Assembly (NCBI RefSeq): GCF_009914755.1
Contig: NC_060936.1
From: the human T2T-CHM13v2.0 reference genome, Homo sapiens
DNA: 64,000 bases
Direction: 5' to 3' (one strand)
Shown here: piece after piece, positions 27,591 through 43,417 of the stretch
Layout of the letters: each line of letters begins with the position of its first letter
How positions within the stretch are numbered: position 1 is the stretch's first letter
The notes under the pieces: generated by a model
Seen by the model: only the letters and a program-made list of their open reading frames with translations
What the model was told of the DNA's origin: nothing
Database searches by the model: none
Position numbers and translations under genes: made by a program

Positions 27591-30014
27591 TGATGCAGTT
27601 TGGATTTACCCTCCAAATCTCATGGTGAGATGTAATCTTCAGTGTTGGAGGTGGGGTCTTGTGGGAGGTGTTTCCTTCTGGAGGGCGAATCCCTCATGAA
27701 TGGCTTGGACCATCTCCTTGGTGATAAGTGAACTCTCACTCCGAGTTCACATGAGATCTGGTCATTTAAAAATGTGTCGCACCCCCCAACCCCTTCTCTC
27801 GTTCCTGCTTTCACCAGGTTTAGGGCCTGCTCCCACTTTGCCTTCTGCCACTAGTAAAAGCTTGCTGAGGCCTCCCCAGAAGCAGATGCTGGCACTACGC
27901 TTCCTGTACAGTCTGTAGAACCATGAGCCAATTAAACCTCTTTTCTTGATAAATTACCCAGTCTCAGGTATTTATTTATAACAATGCAAGAACAGCCTAA
28001 TACAGAAAATTGGTACTGAAAAGTGGGGCATTGCTATAAAGATACCTAAAAATGTGGAAGTGACTTTGGAACTGGGTAATAGGCAGAGGTTGGAAGATTT
28101 TGGAGGTCTCAGAAGACAGGAAGATGGGGGAAAGTTTGGAATTTCTTAAAGACTGCTTAAATTGTTGTGACAAAATGCTGATAGTGATGTAGGCCATGAA
28201 GTTCAGGCTGAACAGGTCGCAGATGGAAATGAAGAACCTATTGGGAACTGGAGCAGAGGTCACACATGTTATGCCTTAGCAAAGAACATGGCTGTATTAT
28301 GTCCATGCCTTAGGGATCTGTGGAAGTTTGGACTAAAGATTTAGGGTATCTGGTGGAATGAATTTTTAAGCCACAAAGCATTCAAGCTGTGGCTTGGCTG
28401 CTTCTAACAACCTACGCTCAGATGCAAGAGCAAATAAATGACTTAATGTTGGAACATATATTTACACAAGAAGCAGAGTGTAAGAGTTTGGGAAATGTGC
28501 AGCGCAGCCATATGGCAGAGAAAGAAAAAGCTTTTTCAGGAAAGGAATTCAAGCAGGTTTTGGAGCAGCCACTTACTAGAGAAATTTGTATAACTAAAGG
28601 AGACCCAAGTGCTAATAGTCAAGACTATCGGGAAAAGGACTCCAAGGCATTTCAGAGAACTTTGTGGCAGCCTCTCCCATCCCAGGTCCAAAATCTTAGG
28701 AAGGAAGAATGGTTTTATGGGTCAGGCCCAGGGCCCTGCTACCCTGTGTAATCTCAAGACACTTCTCCCCAACATCCCTGCCACTCTAGCTTCAGCCTCA
28801 GGTCAATGGGGCTCAGCTACAGCTGGGGCTGCAGCTCCAGAGGGTGCGAGCCATAAGCTTTGGCAGCTTCCACATGGTGTTATTCCTGTGGGCATACAGA
28901 GTGCCGAAGTTGAGGATTGGCAGCCTCCACCTAGATTTCACAGGATGTATGGAAAAGCCTGGATGGCCAGACCAAAGTCTGCTGTAGGAGAAGAGCCCTC
29001 ACAGAGGACTTCTACTAAAGCAGTGAGGTGGGGAAATGTGGGGTTGGAGCCTCCACATGGAGTCCCTAATGGAACCACTGCCTAGAGGAGCTGTGAGAAG
29101 GGGGCCACCATCCTCTATACCCTGAAATGTAGATCCACTGGCAACTTGTAGCCTCAGTATGAAAAAGGCACAGGGTTTTCATGGCTTTTTCACAGGGAAA
29201 AACTCCACAGGGGTGGAGGTTCCCAAGGCCCTGGAACACCAGTTCTTGCATCGATGTGCCCTAGATGTGGGACATGGAGTCAAAGGAGATTATTTCAGAG
29301 ATTTAAGGTTTAATCACTGCCCTACTGGGTTTCAAATGTGCATGGGGCCTGTGGCCCTTTCTTTTGGCCAATTTCTCCCTTTTGGAATGGAAACGTTTAC
29401 CCAATGCCTATAACCTCAGGGTATCTTGGAAATAACTAACTACTTTTTTATTTTACAGGCTCATAGGTGAAAGGAATTTGCCATGTCTCAGATGAGACTT
29501 TGGACTTTTAAGTTAATGCTGGAATGTGTTAAGACTTTGGGGGACTGTTGGTAAGGCATAATTGTATTTTGCAATGCGAGAAGAACATGAGATTTGGGAG
29601 GGGCTGGGGTTGATATAGTTTATATATTTGTCCCTACCCAAATATGTTGAATTTTAATCCCCAATACTGGAGGTGGGTTCTGATGGGAAACGTCTGGATC
29701 ACAGGACTGGATCCTTCATGGCTTGGTGCTGTCTTCACATAGTGAGTGAGTGCTCATGAGATCTGGTTATTTGAAAGTGTGTGGCAACTCCCTTTTCCAA
29801 TCTTCTCTCTCTGGCTCCTGCTTTTGCCTTGTAAAGTGCTTACTCCCTCTTCACCTTCTGCCATGACTAAAGCTTCCTGAGGCCTCCCCAGAAACATATG
29901 TTGGCACTGTTTCCTGTATAGCCTGCAGAACGATGAGTCAATTTAATCTATTTTCTTTATAAATCACTCAGTCTGAGGTATTTATTTATAGCAATGCAAG
30001 AACAGCCTAATGCC
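27591..30014 (+). mobile_element. Complete MaLR element (MSTB-like): 5'LTR 27591-28004, internal 28005-29610, 3'LTR 29611-30014
   Basis: Two related LTRs (tgatg/tgatat...cctaataca/cctaatgcc), internal region starting 'gaaaattggtac', and a 5-bp TSD 'ccctg' at 27586-27590 and 30015-30019. The internal ORF is decayed. Confidence 0.92.
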
Positions 30015-30079
30015 CCCTGCATCAGTCTCCTCTCCTCCACTCACTTCTTGTGTAATTGACTATATTTATATTAGGAATG

Positions 30080-30410
30080 CTGTAGTGTAGGGCCTATTAT
30101 TTCACGGGTTGTCTTGACATCTTTGGGCCTTGGAGGGCCTCCAAGACTAACTGGGTGTTCTCTACTCTCATCAGATATGCCTCCTCCGTAGCTGAAAAGA
30201 TATGCCCCCTACCCAGCTAGTTCATCTATGGGCTGGACTGCTTGCACTCCACCATGTCCTCAACCTAACCAATTTTACTTCCCTGGTATTCCACAGAATC
30301 ATTGAATCAAGTCAATCACATCCTCCTGTCAGAACCAGGGGCACCACATTCTCACATTCTTTTGTTACTACAAAGCCTGCTTCCTACAGCTCCTGATGGT
30401 TCACTTTGTT

Positions 30411-30461
<51 letters not shown>

Positions 30462-31127
30462 TTCCAACGTTTATTTTAGTTTCGAAGGGTACCTGTGGAG
30501 GTTTGTTACATGGATAAATTGCATGTCTCAGGGATTTGGCGTACAGATAATTTTGTCACCTAGGTAATCAGCATTATACCTGATAGGTAGTTTTTCATTC
30601 TTCACCCTTTCCCCATCCTGCACCCTTAAAAGGTCCCAGTAAGTACTGCTTCCTTATTTGAGTCCATGTGTATGCAATGTTTAGCTTCCACTTTGAGTGA
30701 TAACATGTGGTATTTTGTTTTCTGTTCCTGCCTTAGTTCACTTAGGATAACGGCCTCCAGATGTATCCATGTTGCTGCAAAGGCCATGATCTCATAGCTA
30801 CATAGATACACAGTATTTCCTGGTGCATAGTATTCCATGGTGTATCTGTACCACATTTTCTTTATTCAGTCCTTCATTGATGGGCATCTAGGTTGAGTCC
30901 ATGTGTTGCTATTGTGAGTGGTGCTGCAGGGTTCTTGATTGCAGTCTCTGTGTTCCCCTGAGGGGTGTCTGGTGTTCACTGACCTCTCCCATTCTGTGAG
31001 TATATGTGGCTCACAAGCTACAGTCTACCTCACCTGTGCAGTTTCAGGTGCTATGTGTTCACCTGTCTTCTATTTAGGGTGAGGATTCCCTCCCTCACCA
31101 ACAGGATGAGTAGAAAGTGCTCAGAAC
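30080..31127. mobile_element. Probable LTR interrupted by an L1 insertion
   Basis: LTR-like text starting 'tgtagtgtaggg' continues after the L1 piece; family unresolved. Confidence 0.4.
30413..30928 (-). mobile_element. 5'-truncated L1P (old L1PA/L1PB) 3' end with a T46 tail
   Basis: 'gtttgttacatggataaattgc...tttctttattcagtcc...gatgggcatctaggttg'; T run 30413-30458. Confidence 0.9.
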
Positions 31128-31129
31128 AG

Positions 31130-31533
31130 GTGTCCTTCCCAGGTCCTCTCGAGTCCCCTTTGCCAGTATTCTGTGCTCTTTGAACGCCTCAGAGTAGTGG
31201 CACTCCAAGGAGAGCCTTGAGCTACTAGGGCAGCCTCACCTTGGGACAGGACAAGCACCTGGGCATTTACACACCCCTGGAGCAACCCATAGCCAGTGGC
31301 TGAATTGTGTGGGGACACAGAAGCCCTGGCCCTTTGTTTCTAGGCAGTATAGACTGAGGTGTGGTTTCACACATCCTGTAGGATCAGACAGGGTTGAGAC
31401 TTTACCTTGAATCACATCCTTGCTTTTCTTCTCCCTCTTACTTCTTGTTGTCCTGAGATTAACTCTTTCATAAATCACAGGCACTGCAATCCTTCACATA
31501 GGGCCTGCTTCCTGAAGAACTCAAACCAAAAGA
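31130..31533 (+). mobile_element. LTR16-like ERVL LTR
   Basis: Ends 'ataaatcacaggcactgcaatccttc...ctgcttcctgaagaactcaaaccaaaaga', resembling the LTR16 3' end. Confidence 0.6.
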
Positions 31534-31559
31534 AAAGCTCATCAGCAAACTTAAAGGGC

Positions 31560-32388
31560 TGGTTCCGAGATGGGATAATTCCCTTGATCCCTTTGCGGAA
31601 CTTGCGACAGGGGTGTGGCTCGTTTACTCGGTTGCCACAGGCTCAAACCCCTTGTGAGAGGGAGTGTGTGAGGGAGCAAGTGTGGGAACTGGAGCGAATG
31701 AATACTGGAACCAGCCAGTCACTCCTCTCTGGTGGGAGCAGGCTCTGTGCAGCCCCACAGCAGTGTCCAACTGTATTACAACCAATGCCCTTTCAGCTCT
31801 GTCACCCAGGGTTGGCCAAGTGCCAACCAGCTCAGTGGAGGGTCAGGGTGACAGCCCCTGCCCTGTTGGCACCTGGGTTCTTGTCCAGCATCCAGGAAGA
31901 ATCAGGTCACATGAGTGGATTGATGGGTAGCATATAAGGAGGATTTTACTGGACGATGGAAGTGGCTCTCAGCAGGATGGGGAGTTGGAAAGGGGATGGT
32001 GCGGGAAGAAGGTGATCTTTCCCTGAAGTCTGGCCATCTCTCGCTGGGGTCCTCTCCAAAGCTGCACCATCTGAGGTTAGCTGTGTCTATCCAGTCTCTG
32101 ACACTCAGTTGCTTCTCTGCTTCCTGCTTAGCCACTTGTATCCTCAGTACTCAGCCACCTGTATCCTTGCTGCTGAGCCACTGGTATCCCCAGTGCTCAG
32201 CCACTTGTATCCCTGACACTCAGCCACTTGTGTTGCTGTGTCAGCTGAAGTCTTTTTATGGGCACAGGATAGGGGCATGGTAGATCAAAAAGGCAAAATT
32301 TGGGTGGAAAAACAGGGTCAGCCGTTTTCACTTAGGGCTGCGGTTCCAGGCTTAACGGTGGGGTTCAGTCAGGAGCCCTTCTGTATCA
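31560..32388 (-). mobile_element. ERV1-class solo LTR (LTR9-like) with internal ~23-bp tandem repeats
   Basis: Minus strand starts 'tgatacagaagggctcc...aagcctggaaccgcagccctaagtgaaaac'; 'agccacttgtatcc'-type units x5 at ~32129-32232. Confidence 0.7.
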
Positions 32389-32757
32389 GTCCTATATTTA
32401 GAAATACAGGAGGTACAGATCTCAACATTGCAGGCTAAGGAGTCAGATTGGCCTGGTTTGGTGCTCTAATTGTGCTTCAATTCCTCTATCAGTAAAATGG
32501 GTGAATAGTTTTTAATTCACGGGGTTGTTGTGATAATTTATAGAAATGGTACATGTAGCTGGCATGGTACAAATAAAGCACTCAGTGAATGTTAAAATCT
32601 TCTCACTGATCTCTCTTATTCTCAGAATGAGGACACAGAAGTTTTAACTGCTCTGTGGCTAGTAATGATCTGACTTTGGAGTCACGTGAAATTACTTTTT
32701 AAATACTTCATTTTAAATTTAGGAAACAGAGTAATCATCTGCTATGTTTCACTGTGA

Positions 32758-33514
<757 letters not shown>

Positions 33515-34591
33515 TGAGATCTTTTACAAAAGTCTTTAAAGCTACAAGCCTGTGTTTACAGGAATATATTTATTATAAGACTGCATTTTCCATCTTCCCT
33601 ACCATCACAGTATTTCTTTTTTAAAAAAAATTAAGCAGTAAGTAGTGTTTGCAGTGAGCTTGGAGGTTTGTTGGTTATGAATTACTTGATTGAGGAGGGG
33701 TCAGGGGAAAGGCCTTCTAATCACCATGTGGCTGATGTTATTAGTTCCTAAAGAGTCTATGACTAGGCTCCACTTACACATTCTCCAGACCTTTCTGTGC
33801 CCTGTGTCTCTCAATCTACACCTACTGTAACAATTGTTGATTTCTCTAAAGGATCCAGAAAGACCTAGTTGAAATGGACAGTTAGGGAAAATAGTCACAC
33901 AAGCCCCTGCCCTGCCCCCACCAGCCCCGGTGTTCAAAAGCGAACCTCATGCTGACCATGCCTTTTACAGGAGTAAAGAAACCTTGGTGTTAGGGATCTG
34001 ACTAGTACTATCTGGTTCTAGAGATTGGAGTACATTGGAATATGGCATTTAAGCATATATTAGAAAAATAGCAGAATGATTTTGGCCAGGGTGTTAATTT
34101 AGGCTGCTAATAAGAAAAACTTTTGGACTGCCCCTGTTTAATTCTAAGATACTTCATTTTCAAGCCAGAAACCCCAGACCCCAATAGCAATGGAACCAGG
34201 AGCTGAAGCAGGAGGGCCTGGTTCACATACACATTAAGTTTGCAATACTATTTTAGGAAAAACATAAGTGGGAGCAACCACGATGTTTGCCTGGCTTTGT
34301 ACTTTCTTCCCTGGCAAACCTTCACAGAGATGGCCTGTTCTGTCAGTTGAACATTTAGGCTACAAAAGTTGGAATCCAGGCACCTGGGGAAGAGCCTAGA
34401 GACCCAGCACCTGCAATTGTGTATTTTTCTGAATCACTTTTTGAATCTGAGAGAATGTCACTTTACCTTATTAGTCCCTGATCCAAATCACAACTAATTG
34501 TTGGCATTACCTATCTTCTATATCTCAAAAAGTCCCTAGATAAGACCTGAATAAAATCTGTTTCTGTGGAAATTCAAGAAACAGGAAGGAT

Positions 34592-34910
34592 GGCCAGGTG
34601 TGGTGGCTCATACCTGTAATCTCAACATTTTGGGAGGCCGAGGTGGGTGGATCACCTTAGGTCAGGAGTTCAAGACCAGCCTGGCCAACATGGTGAAACC
34701 CTGTCCTTACTAAAAATACAAAATTAGCTGGGTGTGGTGGTGCGTGCCTGTAATCCCAGCTACTCGAGAGGCTGAGGCTGGAGAATTGCTTGAACCCAGA
34801 GGTGGAGGCTGCAGTGAGCCGAGATTGCACCACTGCACTCTAGCCTGGGTGAAACAGAGCAAGATTCCATCTCAAAAAAAAAAAAAAAAAAAGAAAGAAA
34901 GAAAGAAAAA
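34592..34910 (+). mobile_element. AluS with an A/(GAAA)n tail
   Basis: Full dimer. Confidence 0.95.
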
Positions 34911-36389
34911 GGAAGGAGAAGGCAGAATGTGACCGGATCAGTAGTGTCATCTCTCCCTGAAGCCATGTGTAGAAGGTCTGGGCCCTTCTTCTGAGCACAG
35001 CCCAAGTGCTCTGTCCCAGAGACACAGGATGTTTGCTGAAAAACAAACTGTCCAATGGCTGAAATGAAGATATCATGTCCCCTTACCCAGGACACCTGAA
35101 CTTCCCCCACCCCCTACCTGCACAGGGAAATTCAGCGGTAGTAGAAAGAATTCCGTATTGTAATTCAGAGGCAGAGGCTGTGAGGTTGGGCTCCCCATGT
35201 CTCCTCTCTGAATCTGAATGAGAGGCTATTGCATGACATCTGGGGTCCTTCCCAATATATTAAAACCAGACACTAACAAGTCTCGGTTTCTACTTGCACC
35301 CTCTGGGTTCCACCCACCTGTCTGAGGACCTCACAGCTGCTAAGTGCAAAAGAGGTGTCTGGTATTGGGTTCAGAATGGAGAAGCTGTGGAAGCATTTAA
35401 GCTGCTGGCTTCAAGGTGCAGTCCTTGCAGGGTTTTAGGATGGAGAGGCAAGCACAGGGGACAGGGCAGCACGCTGAGGTCTAGGTGAGATGGCTGATGG
35501 AGGAATCCATTTACTGGAGTGTTTTTAATGAGGTCAGGTCAGGGCCAGCTGCGCGTCTGGTGTTGTGGGGATTCCAGGTGGCAAATTGCAGGTTCCTGTA
35601 ATACCTCTGTACCAGGGAGGTGAATTTAGAGCATTTTGGTGTGTGTGGTAGAGGCAGGTCACTTGGTTATGTGACTCTAGGGGCATCGTCACATTATGTT
35701 TTATGTAAAGGGAGCCCCTTAGAAATTGAATTATTAGGGATGAAGAAACACTTTGGAGACCGCAAACCTCAGGGGCAAGGAGCAAGCCTGGTAGTTTTTC
35801 CTGGGAGAACTGATACTGCGGGGATAGCGTCTAATTCCTATTTTCTCCTATGTAAGAGCTAAATGACTCCTCATCCTTCCTTTCAGTTCCATGTGCTCAA
35901 GCACTTTCAACTTCAAGAATCCTAAATATTTATAGCTTCCTCCTTAAACTGAATCTTAAATAACTTGATCTCAATCGATAATCAACTCATCCATCAAAGC
36001 AAATACATTTTAAAAATCATTTTTATTTATCCCTATTGAAATGATTTCTCAAATTGTCAGTGCTTCTAGGAACATGCCTTGCACATAGTAGGGATGCAGT
36101 AAATAGCTGTGGTTTGATAAAGTGGCATCAATTTTCTAAATTGTGCATGTGGAAGAAATGACAATCAGCATGACTCTTTTCCTTATGTTTAAATTTTCAA
36201 ATGCCAACTTGTCTGGTACGTAGTGAATACTCAATACACACTGGTTAATTGAATTGCTTAATTGAATTTTTTAGAATAATCTTCACACTCTTCCAGAAGC
36301 AGACAGGATTATGTTGAAATAATCTTTAGTTTCCATTTGAAAATGCTTTTTCTTCTTAAAAGCTGTGGTACATCTTCAGTCCTTTATTA

Positions 36390-36938
<549 letters not shown>

Positions 36939-37048
36939 CTAAAAAATAGGTACAAGCAAAAGACAGCTTTGTAACTTTTGGGTGACTCACTATAACTCAT
37001 TCCCTAATGTTCTGTAGTTTAAACAAACTATCTAACTATTAAATGTAA

Positions 37049-37961
<913 letters not shown>

Positions 37962-39017
37962 AACACCTTTGTCAATGGTGTGTTGCTGCTATATTTTACA
38001 TATCCTTATTGCAACACTTATCACCTTGTATTTGAGAAATTGTTTTTTCTCTCCAGGACACTGTGAATTTTTTTAGGGTAGGAGTAGTACTTTATTCTCC
38101 TGTTAAGTCCAGAATCAGGAACAATGATTGGCACACAGCAAGAGTTTATAAATTCTTGTTGAATTAGATTCCTTGGATAATTTTCAGTATTCTTGTAGAT
38201 AACTCAATCAACTTGGATATTTCTCACCATTGACTTAAGAAAGCAGAGCAGACACTGTGCTGGGGACTTTGAGCAATGCAGAGGAATGGAGAATGCCCCC
38301 CAAGAACTTAGAAGAGATGGACATTTGCATTATTCTCTGTAATGACTGCACAGTGTGGTGAGTATTGTACTTTGCTATTGGGTATCAATCACAATTGCAA
38401 TTGGATAACCATAATAGCATACATAGAGAATTATTTTTCTTATATCAATAAATGTAGAGATTTTTTGGCTTTACTTTAGCAGCTCCTCAGTATAATCTAG
38501 GTGAATGCCTTTTCAATTTTATGGACATTTTCCTCATAGTTGCAAATGGCTGCTGAAGTTCCAGCAATCACATTCCCATCCCCCCCCCAAAAAAAAGAAT
38601 AAGAAGAATGTAAAAGGAGTAATGACAGTCATGTCTTGCCCTTTATTAGGACAGCAAAACCATTTCCAGAACTACCACCCTTCCATAAACTTATGACAGT
38701 GTCTCATGGGCCAGAATGGGATCAACTGGCCACCCCAGGTGCAAGGGAGAATGTGGTGATGGAAAAAAATTAAGCTAGGCATAAAATGTTCAGAAGAAAA
38801 TATGGGTTCTGTAAAGCCAATAAAAAAGTAGACAAGGAATGTTAGAGAGGCAGTTTAGAGAATCTGCTATATTAGATGTACAATGTGCTGTAAAGCCTTT
38901 GTAAAGGAAGAAAGAATTAATTTCATTGGGCACAATCATGTGACAGGGAAACCTTAATCTGGCCTACAGAGTGGATTTCATGACTTTGCTGTGTGAGTTG
39001 TTGGTGTAGACCTTGCA

Positions 39018-41417
39018 CAGGCATACCTTGGAGATATTGTGGGCTTGGTTCCAGACCACCACAATCAACTGAATATTGCAATAAAGCAAGTTACACAAAT
39101 GTATTTGGTTTCTCAGTGCATTTAAAACTTGTCTTCACACTATATTCTAGTCTATGAAGTGTGCAATAGCATTATGTCGAAAAAACAATAACTATACCTT
39201 AATTTTAAAAATCCCTTTATTGCTAAAAGAATGCTAATGCTCATCTGAGCCTTCAGCCAATCATAGTATTTTTGCTGATGGAGGGTCTTGCCTAGATGTT
39301 GATGGTGGTTGACTGATCAGGGTGGTGGCTGTGGCAATTTTGTGGAATAAGACCACAGTGAAGTTTGCCACGTAGACCAACTCTTCTTTACACAAAAAAT
39401 TTCTCTGTAGCATGCATGGTGTTTGATAGCATTTTACCCACAGTAGGACTTATTTCAGAATTGGAGTCAATCCTGTAAAACCCTGCAGCTACTTTATCAA
39501 TTCACTTTATATAATATTGTAAATTATTTGTTGTGACTTCATCAATGTTCATAGCATCTTCCCCAGGAGTAGATTCCAACTCAGAAACCATTTTCTTTGT
39601 TCACCCGTAAGATGCAATTTTTCTCATCTGTTACAGTTTTAACATGAAATTTAAGCAATTCAGTCATATCTTCAGGCTCCACTCTTAATTCTAGTTCTCT
39701 TGCTATCTCTACCACATCTGCAGTTACTTCCTTTACTGAAGTATTGAATCCCTCAAAGTCATGCATGAGAGTTGGAATCATCTTCTTCCAAATTCTTGTT
39801 AGTGTTGATATTTGGTCCTCCTGTGAATCATAGATGTTCTTAATGACATCTTGAAAGGTGCATGCTTTCTGGAGGCTTTCAATTTACTTTACCCAGATCC
39901 ATCAAAAGAATCACCATCTAAGCCACCTATATCCTTACAAAATGTATTTCTTAAATAATAAAACTTTAAAACCAGAATTACTCTTTGATCCATGGGCTGT
40001 GGAATGGATGTTGTATTAGCAGGCATGAAAACTACATTAATTTCCTTGTACATCTCCATCAGAGCTCTTGGGTGACCAGGTGCGTTGTCAATGAGCAGTA
40101 ATATGAAAGGAATCTTTTTGTTCCTGAGCAGTAGGTCTCAACAACAGGCCTAAAACACTCAGTAAGCATGCTGTAAACACATGTCCTGTCACCTAGCCTT
40201 TGTTGTTTCATTTATAGAATACAGGCAGAGTCGATTGAACATAATTCTTAAGGGCCCTAGGATTTTCAGAATGGAGTATTGGCTTCAACATAAAGTCACC
40301 AGCTGCATTAGCTCCCAACAGAAGCATCAGCCTGTACTTTGAAGCTTCGAAGCCAGGCATTGACTTCTCTCTAGTTATGAAGGTCCTAGAAGACATCTTC
40401 TTACAATAGCAGGCTGTTTTGTCTACATTGAAAATCTGTTGTTTAATGTAGCCTTCATCAATGGTCTTAGCTAGATCTTCTGGATAACTTGCTTGAGCTT
40501 CTCCATCAGCACTTGCTGCTTCACCTTGCACCTTTAAGTTCTGGAGATGGCTTCTTTCCTTAAACCTCATAAATTAAACTCTGCTAGCTTCCAACTTTTC
40601 TTTTGTAACTTCCTCATTTCTCTCAGCCTTCATAGAATTAAAGAGAGTCAGAACTTTGCCCTGTGTTAGGCTTCAGTTTAAGGGAATGTTGTAGCTGGTT
40701 TGTTCTTCTATCCAGACCACTAAAACTTTCCCCATATCACCAAGGAGACTGTTTTGCTTTCTTATCATTCGTGTGTTCACTGGAGTATCACTTTTAATGT
40801 CCTTCAAACAGTTTTTGTTTGGTTTTACAACTTGGGTAAGTGTTTGGCATAAGAGGTCTAGATTTAAGCCTATTTTGGCTTTCAACATGCTTTCCTCACT
40901 AAGCTTAATCTTTTCTAGCTTCTGATTAAAAGTGAGAGACATCCAACTCTTCTTTCACTTGAACACAGGCAGGCTGTTGTTGGGTTATTAACCGGCCTAA
41001 TTTCAGGATTGGTTTTTCTCAGGGAATAGAGAGACCTGAGGAGAGGAGGAGAGACAGGGACATGTCTGCTTGGTGAGGCAGTCAGAACATATACATTTAT
41101 CAATTAAATTGATCATCTTGTGTGGGTGCCATTTGTGGCATCCCAAAACAATTTCAATAGTAACATCACCGATCCCAGTTCACCATAATGGATATAATAA
41201 TAATGAAAACGTTTGAAATATTGTGAGAGTTACCAAAAGGTGACACAGAGTTTGAAGCGAGCACACGCTGTTGGGAAAAATGACACTTGTAGAACTGCTT
41301 GAGGCAGGATTGCCACAACCTTCAATTTGTAAAAAATGCATATTTGGGAATATGCACAATATCCCATCTCACAACATCTCACAATAAAGTGAGATGCACT
41401 AACATGTGGTATACCTG
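39018..41417 (-). mobile_element. Near full-length Tigger1 (TcMar/pogo-like) DNA transposon with a decayed transposase
   Basis: Termini caggcatacct / ggtatacctg, ~2.4 kb. Minus-strand ORF pieces 40673-40942 (CENP-B-like HTH), 40208-40570 (QQIFNVDKT...[12 protein letters not shown] region) and 39581-39781 are separated by stops and frameshifts. Confidence 0.95.
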
Positions 41418-41616
41418 GATTATTTTCCTATTGCTGCTGTAAGAAATTTCTGCAAACTTAGTGGCTTAAAACTTAACTTTATTAACTTACAATTCTGAAA
41501 GGCAGAAGAAGTGTTGCACAGAGCTCATTGGCCTAAAGCTCAGGTGTCTGCTGGACTGTGTTTCTTTCTGGACATTATAGGGGATAATCCATTTTCTTGG
41601 GGTTTCCAGCTTGTAG

Positions 41617-42137
41617 TGAGAGAGGCAGGAGGCAGCCAAATGCCTAGGCAGATAGGGGCAGGTCCTTGGTGAAACCCCATCTCCAAGCCAAAGACAGTGT
41701 AAGGCCTAAAAACCAAGCCACAAGTTAAATCATCAGACCAGATTGAGAACTCATCTTCTTATTTGGTGAACTTTCCTCGGATTGATCCCCACCCTTTACC
41801 TATTTTACATATACCTACACTTTCCTAATTGGTTTTCTACACTGTTCTGCCCACTTTTGAATGGTGTCTTTGCTTTAACCTTTTTTGCACACTCACAAAC
41901 CAATCAGCACAAACTCTCCATTCTGAGTCCTTAAAAGGCCCCAGATGCAGCCACATGGGGCACTTTCCTGCCTTTGGGTGGGGGAACCACCCCTCTCATT
42001 CCATATCCACCGAAAATTTTCCTTTTGCTTAATAAATTATACTCCACTTACTCTCTGGTGTCAATGAGCCTAAATTTTCCTGGTCGTGAGACAAGAACTT
42101 GGACCTAGCTGAGCTAAGGAGAGAAAGACTGCTACAC
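41617..42137 (+). mobile_element. ERV1-class (MER4-group) solo LTR
   Basis: tgagagaggcaggaggcagcc...gactgctaca; 4-bp TSD gtag/ctag; aataaa ~42031. Confidence 0.8.
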
Positions 42138-42300
42138 TAGCAGCTGCCTGTATTCCTTGGCTCCTGGCCCCTTCCATCTACAAAGCCAGCAACTCCTAGC
42201 TGAGTTCGTCTCATGCTGCCATCTCTCTGCCCTCTCTCTTCTGCCTCCCTTTCCACTTGTAAGTTCCCTTGTGATTACATCGGGACTGCCTGAATAATCA

Positions 42301-42597
42301 TTTTGTTTTTGTTTTGAGATGGAGTCTCGCTCTGTCACCCAGGCTGGAGTGCAGTGGCAAGATCTTGGCTTACTGCAGCTCCACCTCCCAGGTTCAAGCG
42401 ATTATCCTGCCTCAGCCTCCTGAGTAGATGGGATCACAGGTCCCTGCCACCATGTCCAGCTAATTGTTTTGTACTTTTAGTAGAGACGGGGTTTTACCAT
42501 GTTGGCCAGCCTGGTTTTGAACCCCTGACCTCAAGTGATCCACCCACCTTGGCCTCTGAAAATGCTGGATTACAGATGTGAGCCACAGCACCTGGCC
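42301..42597 (-). mobile_element. AluS
   Basis: Full dimer with TSD taatca. Confidence 0.93.
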
Positions 42598-43417
42598 TTA
42601 ATCAGGATAATCCTAGGATAATCTCCCCATCCCATGGTCAGATGGTTAGCAACCTTAATTCCATCTGCAACCTTAATCCCATTTTGCCACTGAAAGTAAT
42701 ATAATCACAGGTTCCAGAGATTAGGACATGAAGACTTTTGGGGGACGATTGTCATTTCAATTATAGATCTCTAGGCTTTGGGGTACATGGGGTAAGGAGG
42801 GAAAGAGAAAAAAAATCACTTCACCAGGATCATTTTTCCAGAAGACTGTCATGTAGAATAAGATTGCTCTCTTCAGGGCAAACACAGAACCAAATTACTT
42901 TGTTTAAAACTGTTAGTGGCACATGAAATGTGAGCTATTTTTAAGGTGAGAAACCCCAACTAAACTAGAATTAGTTCATTTATTTCCCAAAAGACTACGA
43001 CTGAGGACATAATTCACTGCTAGTAACTTGCTATGTGAAAATAAAACCAACATTACAAATAAATCAGGGGCAGCTATTTGCATTACAAAGAGCTTCACTT
43101 TAGGACTTAAATGAGTTCAACTGACTTAATTAAATATAAGTCAGCCCCTGTCAGTTGTTCCTTTGGTCCCATGTTTACTGGGCCCCAGCTCTATGCTGGG
43201 TCCTGAGGACATAAGAGTGTATGGAACTTGACTTGGCCTCTGCCCCAGTATAATGAAGGAAAAATAAGCAAACGATCTCAGAGTCAAACATGAAACTTAT
43301 CTTTTTATCAGTGACAAGAGCTGCTAGGGAGCAGCACATGGTCCCCTAATAGCAGAAGAGGGAAGATTGCATCCCTTTGGGATGTCAAGGAGGCTTCTGT
43401 GGGAATGTGTCTACTAA

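Larger units (their letters stand above)
41420..42760 (-). mobile_element. MLT1 (C-like) LTR split by an ERV1 LTR and an Alu
   Basis: 'ttcctattgctgctgtaag...aacttagtggcttaaaac' through 'cacaggttccagagattaggacatg'. Confidence 0.8.

Noticed and set aside
31407-31937. Longest ORF in the window (176 aa)
   Set aside because: Spans two LTR elements, begins at a non-ATG codon, and has no recognisable homology.
32129-32232. CRISPR-like ~23-bp repeated units
   Set aside because: Directly tandem degenerate units inside an LTR, with no unique spacers or cas genes, in primate DNA.
39581-40942. Domesticated TIGD-like transposase gene
   Set aside because: The frame is broken by several stops and frameshifts, consistent with neutral decay of Tigger1.
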